From Promethearchaeota archaeon (GTDB taxonomy: Archaea > Asgardarchaeota > Lokiarchaeia > Sigyniarchaeales > SOKP01): DNA of 64,000 nt. The notes beneath the pieces are model-generated. The model saw only the letters and a program-made list of their open reading frames with translations, was not told the origin of the DNA and did no database searches. The position numbers and the translations under genes were made by a program. The stretch is taken from positions 27,951 through 91,950 of the forward strand of contig JBHLME010000001.1 in NCBI GenBank assembly GCA_048938445.1. Reading direction: 5' to 3'. Shown in pieces: positions 50,149 to 60,240 of the stretch (position 1 is its first letter; every line of letters starts with the position of its first letter).

Positions 50149-51234
50149 CTAAAGAATATTATCCCAATTTAAGGATTTTTCAACAAGATCATAAATTGTT
50201 TGAATTTCATCTGATTGAAGTCCTGGTTTTATTCGATCTATGTTTCTCATAGTAGTATATGTATCTGAAGGGCTAAGTATAATTGGCACGCCTTTTTCGG
50301 TTGCTGCGGTAATGATACTCGTATCAGGTTGCATAAATCCTGTTAGAATGAGAACAGATACATCTTCATTTAACGCAGCTAGAATCAAATCCGACCTATC
50401 TCCTCCTGTGATGAATGCAAATTTCTTTACTTGTCTTAAATATTTTAATGCTGCTTGGGTATTCATCGCGCCTATAATGTAGGTTTCTACACGATTATTT
50501 AATCCATGAGTGGCAGCTTCATTGAGCAATTCTCCTCCTATACTTGCTAAGACTTCCAAAACTCTTGGTGAAAATAATTCATAACTTTTTTCAACAATTC
50601 CTATTACGGGAATTCCATATCGTTTTATATTATTTTCTTCTAATTCTTCTATTCTTGCGATATATTCATGATCAATGACATTAAATATTACACCCTTTAT
50701 CTTAATTTGTCTAAAATCGAAGTATTTCTTCGTAAAGAATAAATTATCAATACATTTGTCCGAGGATTCACAATTTACTATAATCAATTCATCAATACCT
50801 AGCATCTGAGCAATTGAGATATCATCAATACCCACCCTGATGAATTTTTTTATACTAGGGGCCCCCTCGATGACTATATAATCTACTCCTTTAGAAATTT
50901 CTTCATAAGCAGCTTTAATTTTATTCAAATAATCCTCTTTAATATCTGCATCAACTAGATCAATATAATAAGAATCTGGAATTGAAACGGGAGAGGTGAT
51001 CTCATAAGGTAAGACTTCTTTGATCACTGAATTTTGAATGAATCCGACATCTAAATCTGCTTTATTTGAAAAAGCTGCTTTAGGTATCCCAATTGGTTTG
51101 AAGTAGGCGACTTTCTTTCCTTGTTTTTGAAGATATTGAATTATACCAATACTAAGGAGCGTCTTTCCAACTCGCTCTTCCAGTGAACATAAATATAAAT
51201 TTTTAACCATCTTTTTTTCCTCTTTTTTTTTCAC
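50149..51234 (-). CDS. Stand-alone Pta N-terminal (BioD-like P-loop + DRTGG) protein
   Basis: 'RVGKT', 'YFKPIG', 'IVIEG', 'ITGGDRSDL..AAL', 'LILTG'; no PTA catalytic domain. Confidence 0.88.
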   Translation of the reverse strand: MKKKEEKKMVKNLYLCSLEERVGKTLLSIGIIQYLQKQGKKVAYFKPIGIPKAAFSNKADLDVGFIQNSVIKEVLPYEITSPVSIPDSYYIDLVDADIKEDYLNKIKAAYEEISKGVDYIVIEGAPSIKKFIRVGIDDISIAQMLGIDELIIVNCESSDKCIDNLFFTKKYFDFRQIKIKGVIFNVIDHEYIARIEELEENNIKRYGIPVIGIVEKSYELFSPRVLEVLASIGGELLNEAATHGLNNRVETYIIGAMNTQAALKYLRQVKKFAFITGGDRSDLILAALNEDVSVLILTGFMQPDTSIITAATEKGVPIILSPSDTYTTMRNIDRIKPGLQSDEIQTIYDLVEKSLNWDNIL

Positions 51235-51273
51235 AATATTTTTTGTATTCTTAATTTTATATACTTTCTCGTT

Positions 51274-53442
51274 TTATTGGGTAATTGTAATTTTAATATC
51301 AACAGCAGTATACCCTTTCACAAAAGATAGAAGTGGATTAATATCTAATTCAACTATCTCAGGAAAATCATTAACTAATTGTGAAAGTCTTAGTAAAACA
51401 TCTAATACTACTTCAATATCGGAAGGACTTTCGCCCCTCACACCTTGTAATAAGCTATAAATTTTAGTATTTTCTATTTGTCTCTTCGCATCTTCTCTTG
51501 TATATTTATAAGATAAAGCAAATGACACGTCTTTCATGAAATTAGCATAAATTCCTCCAGTGCCAAACATTATTAATGGCCCAAATCCAGGATCCATTGA
51601 CATTCCTATTATTAATTCAGTTACTTTTGGTTCTTTTTTAAAATCAATCATTTCTTGAACCTCAACACCATAAATCATAGCATTTTGAGGTCCAAATTTT
51701 TTTGAATTCTCAACAATTTGAATGTAAGCTTCGAATGCTTGTTGCGGTGTTTCGATATTTAATGCAATGCCTCCAACATCTGTTTTATGAATGATCTGTG
51801 GACTGACAATTTTCATAACTGCTTTTCCAATCTCTCCTTGCAATTCCATTGCTTCTTTTGGCGTTCGAGCTAATCTAGATTTGGGAGATTGAATTCCATA
51901 GCAGTAAAAGACTTCACTCGTTTCATAACTTAAAAGAACTTTTCGCCCATCTTCTCTAGCACTATTAAATATTTCTCTAACTCTTTTCTTATTTACCTCA
52001 TGATTTGGGATACTGAGTTCAGATAAAGGAGTGCTTTTCAAATAATTACCGTGTTTTATTAAAGTCTTGAGAGCATGTGCTGCCCTGTCGGGAAAATGAT
52101 AACATGGAATATGATTTTGTTTCAAATAAGTTCTACCTTCAGCAATAGATTTTTCCCCAATAAAAGAGCATACGATTGGTTTATTGCATTTTTTTAAATG
52201 TTTAGAATATATTTCATATATTAATTTTGCTACTTCAGTCGGTTTCGTTTGAGCTTGAGGTGTAACTATTATTAAAGCACCCTGCGTGGTGATTTCTTTT
52301 TGGTTATTACTTGAATTATTAATACCAAATACTGTTTTTAATGTAAATTCATATCGATCGGGACTAGCATCTCCAACAATATCTATTGGATTAAAAATTG
52401 CCGCTTCTAATGGCAACTTTTCTCGTAGAGCATGAAGAATAGGTTCTGAAAATGAAGCAAAATTAAGTTTTTCTCTTTCAAATGCGTCAGTAGCTACAAT
52501 TCCTGGACCACCTGCATTTGTAATGATTGCAAATGAATTTTCCTTAGGAATCGGTTGATATAGAAAAATTTCACCATAATCAAAAAGATCCTCTATAGTT
52601 TGTGCTCTTATGACACCACATTTCTCAAAAGCTAGATTATAAGCGATATCTGCTCCTGCGAGAGCACCAGTATGGCTAGAAGCAGCTCTTGCACCTGCTT
52701 CACTTACTCCTGATTTTAATATCACAACAGGCTTTTTTCGAGTAGCAATAGGGAGAACTTCCAAGAATCTTTCTCCATCTTTGATACTTTCTAAATAGCA
52801 AATTATAACCTTAGTGTCTTTATCATCTGCCAAATATTCTATAAAATCTACGGCACTCAAATCAGCTTTATTCCCCAAACTTATATTACATGAAAATCCA
52901 AACGCCTGTGTCATAGAATAATCCATCATCCCCGTAAGCATTGCACCAGATTGAGAAATCATTGCTATATTCCCTTTTTTTGGTGTTTCTGCAGCAAAAG
53001 ATCCATTATAATTCAAGCCGATAAATCCAAGACAATTCGGTCCAAGCATTCTCATGTTATAAGTTTTTGCAATTTCAATCAATTTTTCTTCTCTTTCTTT
53101 ACCTTCTCCACCTATTTCTTTAAAACCTGCGGTGATAATAATTAATCCTTTAATTTTTTTTTCTCCGCATTCAATAGCTGCCGTAAGGACGAATTTACTT
53201 GGGATTACGAATATTGCGAGATCAATCTCATCATTCACGTCTAAAACACTTTTATATACAACATGCCCTAATATTTTATCTGCGTGAGGATTAATTGGAA
53301 AAATTTTACCTTGATATCCAGATTTAATTATATTGTTTAGCACGGTATTTCCGACTTTACCAGGAGTTTCACTTGCTCCGATAATAGCAATGGATTTTGG
53401 ATTAAAAAAGAATGAAATATCCTTATCCTTTTTATTAGACAT
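51274..53442 (-). CDS. acd: ADP-forming acetyl-CoA synthetase, fused alpha-beta
   Basis: 'PKSIAIIGAS..PGKVG', 'GPNCLG', 'SQSGA', 'ASSHTGALAG' with catalytic His, 'HKTDVGG', 'ELDINPL'. Confidence 0.93.
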   Translation of the reverse strand: MSNKKDKDISFFFNPKSIAIIGASETPGKVGNTVLNNIIKSGYQGKIFPINPHADKILGHVVYKSVLDVNDEIDLAIFVIPSKFVLTAAIECGEKKIKGLIIITAGFKEIGGEGKEREEKLIEIAKTYNMRMLGPNCLGFIGLNYNGSFAAETPKKGNIAMISQSGAMLTGMMDYSMTQAFGFSCNISLGNKADLSAVDFIEYLADDKDTKVIICYLESIKDGERFLEVLPIATRKKPVVILKSGVSEAGARAASSHTGALAGADIAYNLAFEKCGVIRAQTIEDLFDYGEIFLYQPIPKENSFAIITNAGGPGIVATDAFEREKLNFASFSEPILHALREKLPLEAAIFNPIDIVGDASPDRYEFTLKTVFGINNSSNNQKEITTQGALIIVTPQAQTKPTEVAKLIYEIYSKHLKKCNKPIVCSFIGEKSIAEGRTYLKQNHIPCYHFPDRAAHALKTLIKHGNYLKSTPLSELSIPNHEVNKKRVREIFNSAREDGRKVLLSYETSEVFYCYGIQSPKSRLARTPKEAMELQGEIGKAVMKIVSPQIIHKTDVGGIALNIETPQQAFEAYIQIVENSKKFGPQNAMIYGVEVQEMIDFKKEPKVTELIIGMSMDPGFGPLIMFGTGGIYANFMKDVSFALSYKYTREDAKRQIENTKIYSLLQGVRGESPSDIEVVLDVLLRLSQLVNDFPEIVELDINPLLSFVKGYTAVDIKITITQ

Positions 53443-53679
53443 GAACGATTCTATATCAAAATTATTTTATTATTGATATTAGTTATATTTCTTGATTATT
53501 TTTTAAGTTTTCATTATAAATTATAAATTAATTGCTTCCTTTCAAAAAAAAAATAATTGATTAGATTGACTTTTTCATAAAATTTATATATTAAAATTGC
53601 AGAAATAACAATTCTGAAACATTTTATATTTTGTTATATTATTACATGTATATAAATTTACTAAATTGGAAAAAATAAA

Positions 53680-55005
53680 ATGTCAGAAAAATTAAAAAGT
53701 ATAAATGATAAATTAAATCCTATAAGAAACAGATGGATTGTTGTTATAGGGGCAATTTTAGTCCAATTAGCGCTCGGGACGATTTATAGTTGGAGTACAA
53801 TAACATTATTTGCTACACCTTACTTGAAATTTTTCGATGCGATGGTGACAAAAGAAGCTACAACGTTTATTTTTGCATTTGGTTTGGTTTCATTTGCAGT
53901 TACAATGATCTTTGCAGGCAAATTACAGCAAAAATATGGTCCTAAATTAATTGCAATTATCGGAGGTATCCTTCTAGCAATTGGAGTAATTGCTTCAGCA
54001 GCAATGACCACCTTTATTGGAATGCTTATCACTTATGGTATTATTTTTGGCTGTGGTATAGGTTTTGCTTATGTTTGTCCAATTGCTTGTGCAAGTAAGT
54101 GGTTTCCAGATAAAAAAGGATTTATAAATGGAATTGCTGTAGCTGGTTTTGGAATGGGTAGTTTTATATTTAATTATCTTATCAAGTTTTTAGCGAATCC
54201 AACAAATATTGATGTTGATGTTGCTCCATTAGCCTTTCAACAAACTGTTCTTTTAAATGTTCCTATCATGTTTATAGTTATAGGAATTATCTATCTTGTG
54301 ATGGTAGTTGTAGGGGCGTTGACTTTAATAAATCCTCCTGAAGGATGGAAGCCTGAAGGGTGGAATCCACCACCTGCATCTGTTGAAGATGGAATCTCTG
54401 GTTTAGATTTTACAAGAGGGCAAATGATTAAACTACCTCAATTCTGGATGCTATGGTTGGCATTTGTTTTTAGTGCAATCTGTGGTTTAATGACTATTGG
54501 AGCATATAGTTCTTTTGCAAAAGATTTACCTCCAGGTATAATAAATGCAGAATTCTTCCTTACTACAGTAGGAGCTCTTGCTGCAATGTTCAATGGAGCA
54601 GGAAGAATTGTATGGGGTGCTTTAGCAGATAAAATCAATTATAAAAGAACAATGATGGTCATGTTCTTGACTCAAGGAATATTAATATTAATTTTCTTTG
54701 CTACAGGATTAAATGAAATATTGTTTTTGATATTTGTTTGTTTACTATACTTCTGTTTTGGTGGTAATTTCTCATTATTCCCTTCAGCAACTGCCGATTT
54801 GTTTGGTAATAAGAATTTAGGTCCAAATTATGGAATAGTTTTCACGGCCTACGGTATAGCAGGATTTCTAGGTGCAACGTTAGTTCTTCTTTTTGCAGGT
54901 TTTGAAGTATATGGATATTTAATCTTGTTCATTATTATGGGATTAATGTCATTTGGAGCTATGGTTATAGCATATATTTTAAAACCACCAACAAAAGAAA
55001 GGTAA
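53680..55005 (+). CDS. OFA (oxalate/formate antiporter-type) MFS transporter
   Basis: 'LGTIYSWS', 'KWFPDKKG..NG.AVAGFG', 'FNGAGRI.WG', 'FG.KN.G.NYG'. Confidence 0.92.
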   Translation: MSEKLKSINDKLNPIRNRWIVVIGAILVQLALGTIYSWSTITLFATPYLKFFDAMVTKEATTFIFAFGLVSFAVTMIFAGKLQQKYGPKLIAIIGGILLAIGVIASAAMTTFIGMLITYGIIFGCGIGFAYVCPIACASKWFPDKKGFINGIAVAGFGMGSFIFNYLIKFLANPTNIDVDVAPLAFQQTVLLNVPIMFIVIGIIYLVMVVVGALTLINPPEGWKPEGWNPPPASVEDGISGLDFTRGQMIKLPQFWMLWLAFVFSAICGLMTIGAYSSFAKDLPPGIINAEFFLTTVGALAAMFNGAGRIVWGALADKINYKRTMMVMFLTQGILILIFFATGLNEILFLIFVCLLYFCFGGNFSLFPSATADLFGNKNLGPNYGIVFTAYGIAGFLGATLVLLFAGFEVYGYLILFIIMGLMSFGAMVIAYILKPPTKER

Positions 55006-55087
55006 AAAATATCCTTCATCTATCTTTTTTTTTATTTTATTATTATTTTTCTTAATCCTTTTATAAGAGTCAGTCTTATTTATCTCT

Positions 55088-55564
55088 ATGACTAAAGTTG
55101 AAATTGTTACCAATAGAGGGAGTATTAACCTCAATTTATTTGATGATGACTCTCCAATGACCGTAGCAAGTTTTCTTCATCTTATAAAAGAAAAATTTTA
55201 CAATGGTTTGATTTTTCATCGTGTCATCGATAATTTCATGATACAAGGAGGGTGTCCGTTAGGAAAGGGATATGGTGGTCCAAAGGATAAGGGTATTACG
55301 GCATTTCCCTATAGCTCACAAAATATTAGCTATCCTTTTAAGGATGAATTTAGGAGTGGACGTACCTTTGACAGACCAGGACTCTTAGCAATGGCAAATT
55401 CAGGACCAAATACTAATGGCTCCCAATTTTTCATTACTCATGTGGTTACTGATTGGTTAAACAATAAACATACTATTTTTGGAGAAGTCATCAGCGATTC
55501 AGACCAAGCTGTTGTTAATAGCATCCAACAAGGAGATCAAATTATAGAAATTAAAATTTCTTAA
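55088..55564 (+). CDS. Cyclophilin-type peptidyl-prolyl isomerase
   Basis: 'FHRVIDNFMIQGG', 'AMANSGPNTNGSQFFIT', 'WL..KHTIFG'. Confidence 0.96.
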   Translation: MTKVEIVTNRGSINLNLFDDDSPMTVASFLHLIKEKFYNGLIFHRVIDNFMIQGGCPLGKGYGGPKDKGITAFPYSSQNISYPFKDEFRSGRTFDRPGLLAMANSGPNTNGSQFFITHVVTDWLNNKHTIFGEVISDSDQAVVNSIQQGDQIIEIKIS

Positions 55565-55703
55565 ATCTAAATTTACATTTTTTATATTTTTTTTTGTTTT
55601 ATATTATTCACTTAATCATAGTATAATCCTAACATTTTTTAAAATGAATCTCCATTAATTTATCGTAGAAAATAAAAAAAGCAATCTTAAAGTTGAGATA
55701 ATA

Positions 55704-57347
55704 ATGGAACGAGACCTTAAAGGGTTGATAGACTCGATCGATGAAAAAGATAAAACGGAAGCAGTACTAGAAAGAAAAATCGAATCTTTACAAGAAGAAA
55801 TTAATAGGTTAAAATTTACAATTCGAGAACAAAAGCTCTTAATTCAATCGTTAAAAGAGGATAAGAATGAAAGCGATGAGATCATCTTAGATGATGATAT
55901 CCAACTTTTAAAAGAGATGATTTTCTCACAAAGACAAGAGATATTAAAAAAGGATGAGCAAATTCATAAATTAAAAGAAAATTTAGATGGAATAGGTAAT
56001 ATTGGAAGCATTCCAGGAAAATCAAATCAATACATGGAAGAAATAAATAATCTCAATGAAAAAATTAAAGTTTTAAATCAACAATTAGAAATATTTAAAT
56101 CTAATGAAGAAAATGCTAAAAGACTCATACAAGAATTAACTGAACAAGAAGAATTATCTAAAAATGAACTAGAAGAATTACAAAAATACATTCAAAATCT
56201 AGATTCAGAGAAAAGTGATGATGTTGCTTTGAAAGAAAATGAGAATCGAAACAAAGAATATGAGGATTTGCAATCTGAAATTGCTGATTACCAATTACAA
56301 GTTATAGATTTACAGCAATCACTTCAAAGTCTTGAAAATGCTTCAAAACAAGAGAGAGAAAAATCAAATTATGAAATTTCTCAATTAAAATTAGAAAGTG
56401 AAAGATATCAAGAAGAAATTATTGAATTAAAGGATAAATTTCAAAATATTGAAAAATCCGAATTAAAAGAGGGATTAATAGAGAATATAGATGAGTATGT
56501 TGAATTAGAGAAACATTATGAGAATCAAATGGCCAGATTAGAATCAGAAAATAAAGCGTATGAAGCAGAACTTGAATCGTTAAGGACTCAAATTCGTAAT
56601 ATCCAAAGTTCAGAACAAAAAAACAAGAATGAACAACAAGAATTATATGATATAGATTCAACGGAAATAGTACAAGCTCTTAAAAACGAAAATGAGACTC
56701 TTAAAGAATCATTATTCCAATTAAAGAAAGAAAAAGTGGAATTGGATGATAAAATCCTGAAATTGGAAGAAAATTATATAGAAAACATGAAAATGTCGGA
56801 TGATGATGAGGTTTCATCCATTATTAGAGAATTAAAAGCAGAAAATCAAGATTTAATAATAGAAAATCGAGAACTTAAAACAAAATTATCTATAAAATTA
56901 AGCGATGAAGCCGAATTAAAACAAATTATTGAAAAATTAAAGGTTAAAAATCATAAATTAAAGACTCAACTTGAAGTAGAAATTTTAGAAAAGGAATATG
57001 AAATCCCTAAGGAATCAGAGAGTCAATTATATAAAGATTTTTTAAATAACCTTGATCAAAAGAATATGCAATATGTGATAGATAATTTGATAAGAGATAT
57101 AAAGGGAAATACAAGCTATGATGTGAAAAAAAGCTCATTAAGCTTATTAGCAACAATAAATGATGTTAAAGTTAAAAACCTCTTTTCAAAATTAATAATG
57201 GATAAAGATTGGCTCATTAGATATCATTTAATAAAAGCTATTGGGAAGACAAGGAATATAGAATATAAGGATCTTTTAATAAAACTTTCAAAAGATAGAG
57301 ATGTCGATGTTCGTGAAGCTGCTATAGATGCTTTATCAAAATTATAA
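55704..57347 (+). CDS. Long coiled-coil protein with C-terminal HEAT repeats
   Basis: About 430 aa of E/K/L/Q heptads; 'DKDWLIRYHLIKAIG', 'DRDVDVREAAIDAL'. Confidence 0.8.
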   Translation: MERDLKGLIDSIDEKDKTEAVLERKIESLQEEINRLKFTIREQKLLIQSLKEDKNESDEIILDDDIQLLKEMIFSQRQEILKKDEQIHKLKENLDGIGNIGSIPGKSNQYMEEINNLNEKIKVLNQQLEIFKSNEENAKRLIQELTEQEELSKNELEELQKYIQNLDSEKSDDVALKENENRNKEYEDLQSEIADYQLQVIDLQQSLQSLENASKQEREKSNYEISQLKLESERYQEEIIELKDKFQNIEKSELKEGLIENIDEYVELEKHYENQMARLESENKAYEAELESLRTQIRNIQSSEQKNKNEQQELYDIDSTEIVQALKNENETLKESLFQLKKEKVELDDKILKLEENYIENMKMSDDDEVSSIIRELKAENQDLIIENRELKTKLSIKLSDEAELKQIIEKLKVKNHKLKTQLEVEILEKEYEIPKESESQLYKDFLNNLDQKNMQYVIDNLIRDIKGNTSYDVKKSSLSLLATINDVKVKNLFSKLIMDKDWLIRYHLIKAIGKTRNIEYKDLLIKLSKDRDVDVREAAIDALSKL

Positions 57348-57427
57348 AACTTTTTGAAATAAAATGACCTTATTATACTATATTAATCAATTTTTTTTAT
57401 CATTTTAAAAATTTAGGTGGATTCCAC

Positions 57428-57691
57428 TTGACGAGAAAATTTACTCCTGGTAGATGGAACTACTCTCAAAAAAGTCAAAAGTGGGTTTATGTTACAATTA
57501 ATAAAAATGGTAAAAGAAAATATAAATATCAAATAGAACCCCCTGAAGAGTTCGTGAGATTAAGTGAAGAATTGCGCAGATTAAACATAATACAAGCTCA
57601 AACTACAGATCCCGAGGAAAATATGAAATTATTCCATGAAATGAAGAAATTGGCTCAAAAAATGCAAGCCATGACAATGAATAATGAGTAA
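57428..57691 (+). CDS. Hypothetical protein
   Basis: AGGTGG SD; 87-aa ORF. Confidence 0.65.
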   Translation: MTRKFTPGRWNYSQKSQKWVYVTINKNGKRKYKYQIEPPEEFVRLSEELRRLNIIQAQTTDPEENMKLFHEMKKLAQKMQAMTMNNE

Positions 57692-57733
57692 AAATTAATC
57701 TACATGAGATATCTAATCTTATTAATAAAAATA

Positions 57734-58024
57734 TTAATCTTTGTCTTTACCCGTTTTGTTTATGATTAATTTATCAAATTCATGCAGGTTAAGAAATAAA
57801 ACTTTTTTCCCGTTGAAATAAAGAACTCCTTGTTCTATATAATTACAATCAAGATTAATACAAAAATCTACAGCTTTAAATATAATACCCATCTTTCTAA
57901 GTCCTTTAAATTGAGATGTATCTATTTTGATTCTTTTACGATATAATATTCCTTTACATCTCGGGCAATTTTCATTGGTTTTTAAAGTTTCACATTCTCT
58001 AAAGGTATCAGAAAGATTTCGCAT
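57734..58024 (-). CDS. Small Zn-ribbon-like hypothetical protein
   Basis: CPRC...C-x4-C; GAGGT SD. Confidence 0.55.
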   Translation of the reverse strand: MRNLSDTFRECETLKTNENCPRCKGILYRKRIKIDTSQFKGLRKMGIIFKAVDFCINLDCNYIEQGVLYFNGKKVLFLNLHEFDKLIINKTGKDKD

Positions 58025-58196
58025 GTTCTAACCTCAAATCAAGAGTGCATTTTTTTTCTAAACACTTGCATTTTCAAAAATTAATAAAAATATTCTTGTT
58101 ATCCACATATTATTTAATGCTATAACCATCATTCTTAATTTATTTATAAAATCTAATCTAAAAATTTAATATCATTTTATCAATTATTAATACAAA

Positions 58197-59000
58197 ATGA
58201 AGATTGCTGTTTCTGGAAAGGGTGGTGTTGGTAAGACTTCTATAGCAGGTACTCTCGCTAGACTCTTTGCCAAGGATGGTTTTAAGGTATTAGCTATTGA
58301 TAATGATTCTGCTATGAACTTGAGTTATAGTTTAGGAATTGATCCCGACATAAAGGAGAAAATAGTACCCATCTCAGAAATGACCGACTTAGTTAAAGAG
58401 AGAACTCAAGTAGAAGGAGCACCTTCTGGTGTATATAATATCACTCCCGAAGTTTCTGACATACCAGATAGATTTAAAGTTCAAGGTCCAGATGGATTAG
58501 AATTACTCGTATTAGGGGGGATTGAAGAACCTGCCACAGGGTGCCTTTGCCCCCAAAATGCTTTAATTCGAACCCTATTATATAATTTATTTGTTAAAAG
58601 AGATGAGGTAGTGGTTGTCGATTTTGAGGCGGGACTTGAACATTTAGGAAGAGGAACCGCAAAAGGAATTGATGTAATGTTAGTAATAACAGAACCATCG
58701 TTAAAATCCTTAGATTTATGCTCAAAAATTATAGATCTATCTAAAAAATTAGGAATCATTAACATATATTTAATAGCAAACAAGATAATTGAAGAATCTC
58801 AACTAGATATAATAAATAAAAAAATTAATGATTGGGAAATTCCACTTTTTCACTCAATTCCCTTTGATCCTGAGTTAGGAAAAGCAGATTTAAACGGTAT
58901 TTCTCCATTAGATTTTGCTCCAAAATCAAAAGCCATGGAATCTATAAAGCTATTGTATTCAAAGTTAAAGAAACTAAAAAGAGAGATATTTGATATGTAA
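58197..59000 (+). CDS. cooC: CooC-type nickel-insertion ATPase
   Basis: 'SGKGGVGKT', 'GCLCP', 'VDFEAGLEHLGRGTA..ID'. Confidence 0.93.
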   Translation: MKIAVSGKGGVGKTSIAGTLARLFAKDGFKVLAIDNDSAMNLSYSLGIDPDIKEKIVPISEMTDLVKERTQVEGAPSGVYNITPEVSDIPDRFKVQGPDGLELLVLGGIEEPATGCLCPQNALIRTLLYNLFVKRDEVVVVDFEAGLEHLGRGTAKGIDVMLVITEPSLKSLDLCSKIIDLSKKLGIINIYLIANKIIEESQLDIINKKINDWEIPLFHSIPFDPELGKADLNGISPLDFAPKSKAMESIKLLYSKLKKLKREIFDM

Positions 59001-59015
59001 ATTTATTCTTCCCTA

Positions 59016-59264
59016 CTATATAACATCAGAAAGATCTAAGTTTTGATCTTCAGAAATATCTTTCCATTGATTTATTGCTTCTAATGCATCTTCTTCATTC
59101 ATTTGTTCAATGGCATATCCCGCGTGAATGATGACATATTTTCCAATTTGAGGGTTTTGGATTAAAGCTATGATGACTTTTTGTTTAATCCCATCAAAAT
59201 CAACTAAAGCTGTCTTTTCATCAAGATTTATTTCCAAAATTTTTCCAGGGATTGCTAAACACAT
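59016..59264 (-). CDS. hypC: Hydrogenase maturation chaperone HypC
   Basis: 'MCLAIPGKI...A.VDF.G', 'G.YV.IHAGYAI'. Confidence 0.96.
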   Translation of the reverse strand: MCLAIPGKILEINLDEKTALVDFDGIKQKVIIALIQNPQIGKYVIIHAGYAIEQMNEEDALEAINQWKDISEDQNLDLSDVI

Positions 59265-59437
59265 CTAACTTCTATGAATAAAAGTGATTTATTATAACCT
59301 TGATAATATGTTTAAATAAATAAAATTAATGCTTATAAAATACGATATCAGAATGATTAATTTTTTATATATAAAAATGATTATATCAAAACATTATCAC
59401 ACTTATAAATAGTATCTCGTGAGTGATCTAGTCTGAC

Positions 59438-60070
59438 ATGTTTGATGAAGAATATTGGAACAAGATAGAAAGAGAAGAAAAGGCAAAATTTTTTCTTAAA
59501 TTAGCCTATAAATTAAGAAAAGTGCCAAGGACGAGAAATTTGATATTCATATTACTATTTTCATTTGTAGCATTCATGTGGATGTATGTATTCGTGTTTA
59601 TTGCAAATGATGATTTGTTAAAAGAGCTTGGAGCACCCCTTCTATTTGAATTTGAATTTGCATTTACTTATGATCAAGCAAACTTGATAATTTCTGCTTG
59701 GAATGCTCAAGGAATGCTCTCTTGGAATATTTTACTTAATATTTTAGATTTTCCGTTCATTTTTTCATATGTTTTAATCTTAATGTCCTTGTCTGTATTT
59801 GCCATGAGGCAATTGAAAGATAAATTTCTAAATATTGGTTTAAAATTAATTTATTTACCAATTTTAGCTGGATTATTAGATGTAATCCAAAATATTTTCA
59901 TTCTAATCATGTTATTAAATGCTAATGCTTTAAACATAACGTTCCCATTAATTGTTTCTCTATTAGCAATAATAAAATATGCTTTAATGTTTGGAACTAT
60001 AGGATTTTTAATCCTTGCTATAATCGTGAAAATATTATATTATTATCAAATCATTCAAGAGGGTAAGTGA
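59438..60070 (+). CDS. Membrane protein; stop codon lies inside the IS right end
   Basis: 4 TM, 'LD..FI..Y', 'AGLLDVIQN', 'K'; terminal TGA (60068-60070) overlaps GTGAA. Confidence 0.75.
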   Translation: MFDEEYWNKIEREEKAKFFLKLAYKLRKVPRTRNLIFILLFSFVAFMWMYVFVFIANDDLLKELGAPLLFEFEFAFTYDQANLIISAWNAQGMLSWNILLNILDFPFIFSYVLILMSLSVFAMRQLKDKFLNIGLKLIYLPILAGLLDVIQNIFILIMLLNANALNITFPLIVSLLAIIKYALMFGTIGFLILAIIVKILYYYQIIQEGK

Positions 60071-60240
60071 ACTACACACGGCTTAAAAGCCGTTGCTTCC
60101 TACGAGTGCACAATCGCTTCTAAAACGGATCGGTCTGTGTGTCGTAGAAAACCATTCCATTGTGTTAGGAATGATTCCTCGTTCACGGAGGGTTTATGCG
60201 AGAGGAAATCGAAAAACTGTTTGGTTTTTAAAAATCTTAC
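60067..60240 (-). ncRNA. Putative omegaRNA (reRNA) scaffold of TnpB
   Basis: Inferred from family behaviour: scaffold overlaps the 3' end of tnpB and ends at the right end; 5' boundary uncertain. Confidence 0.5.
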
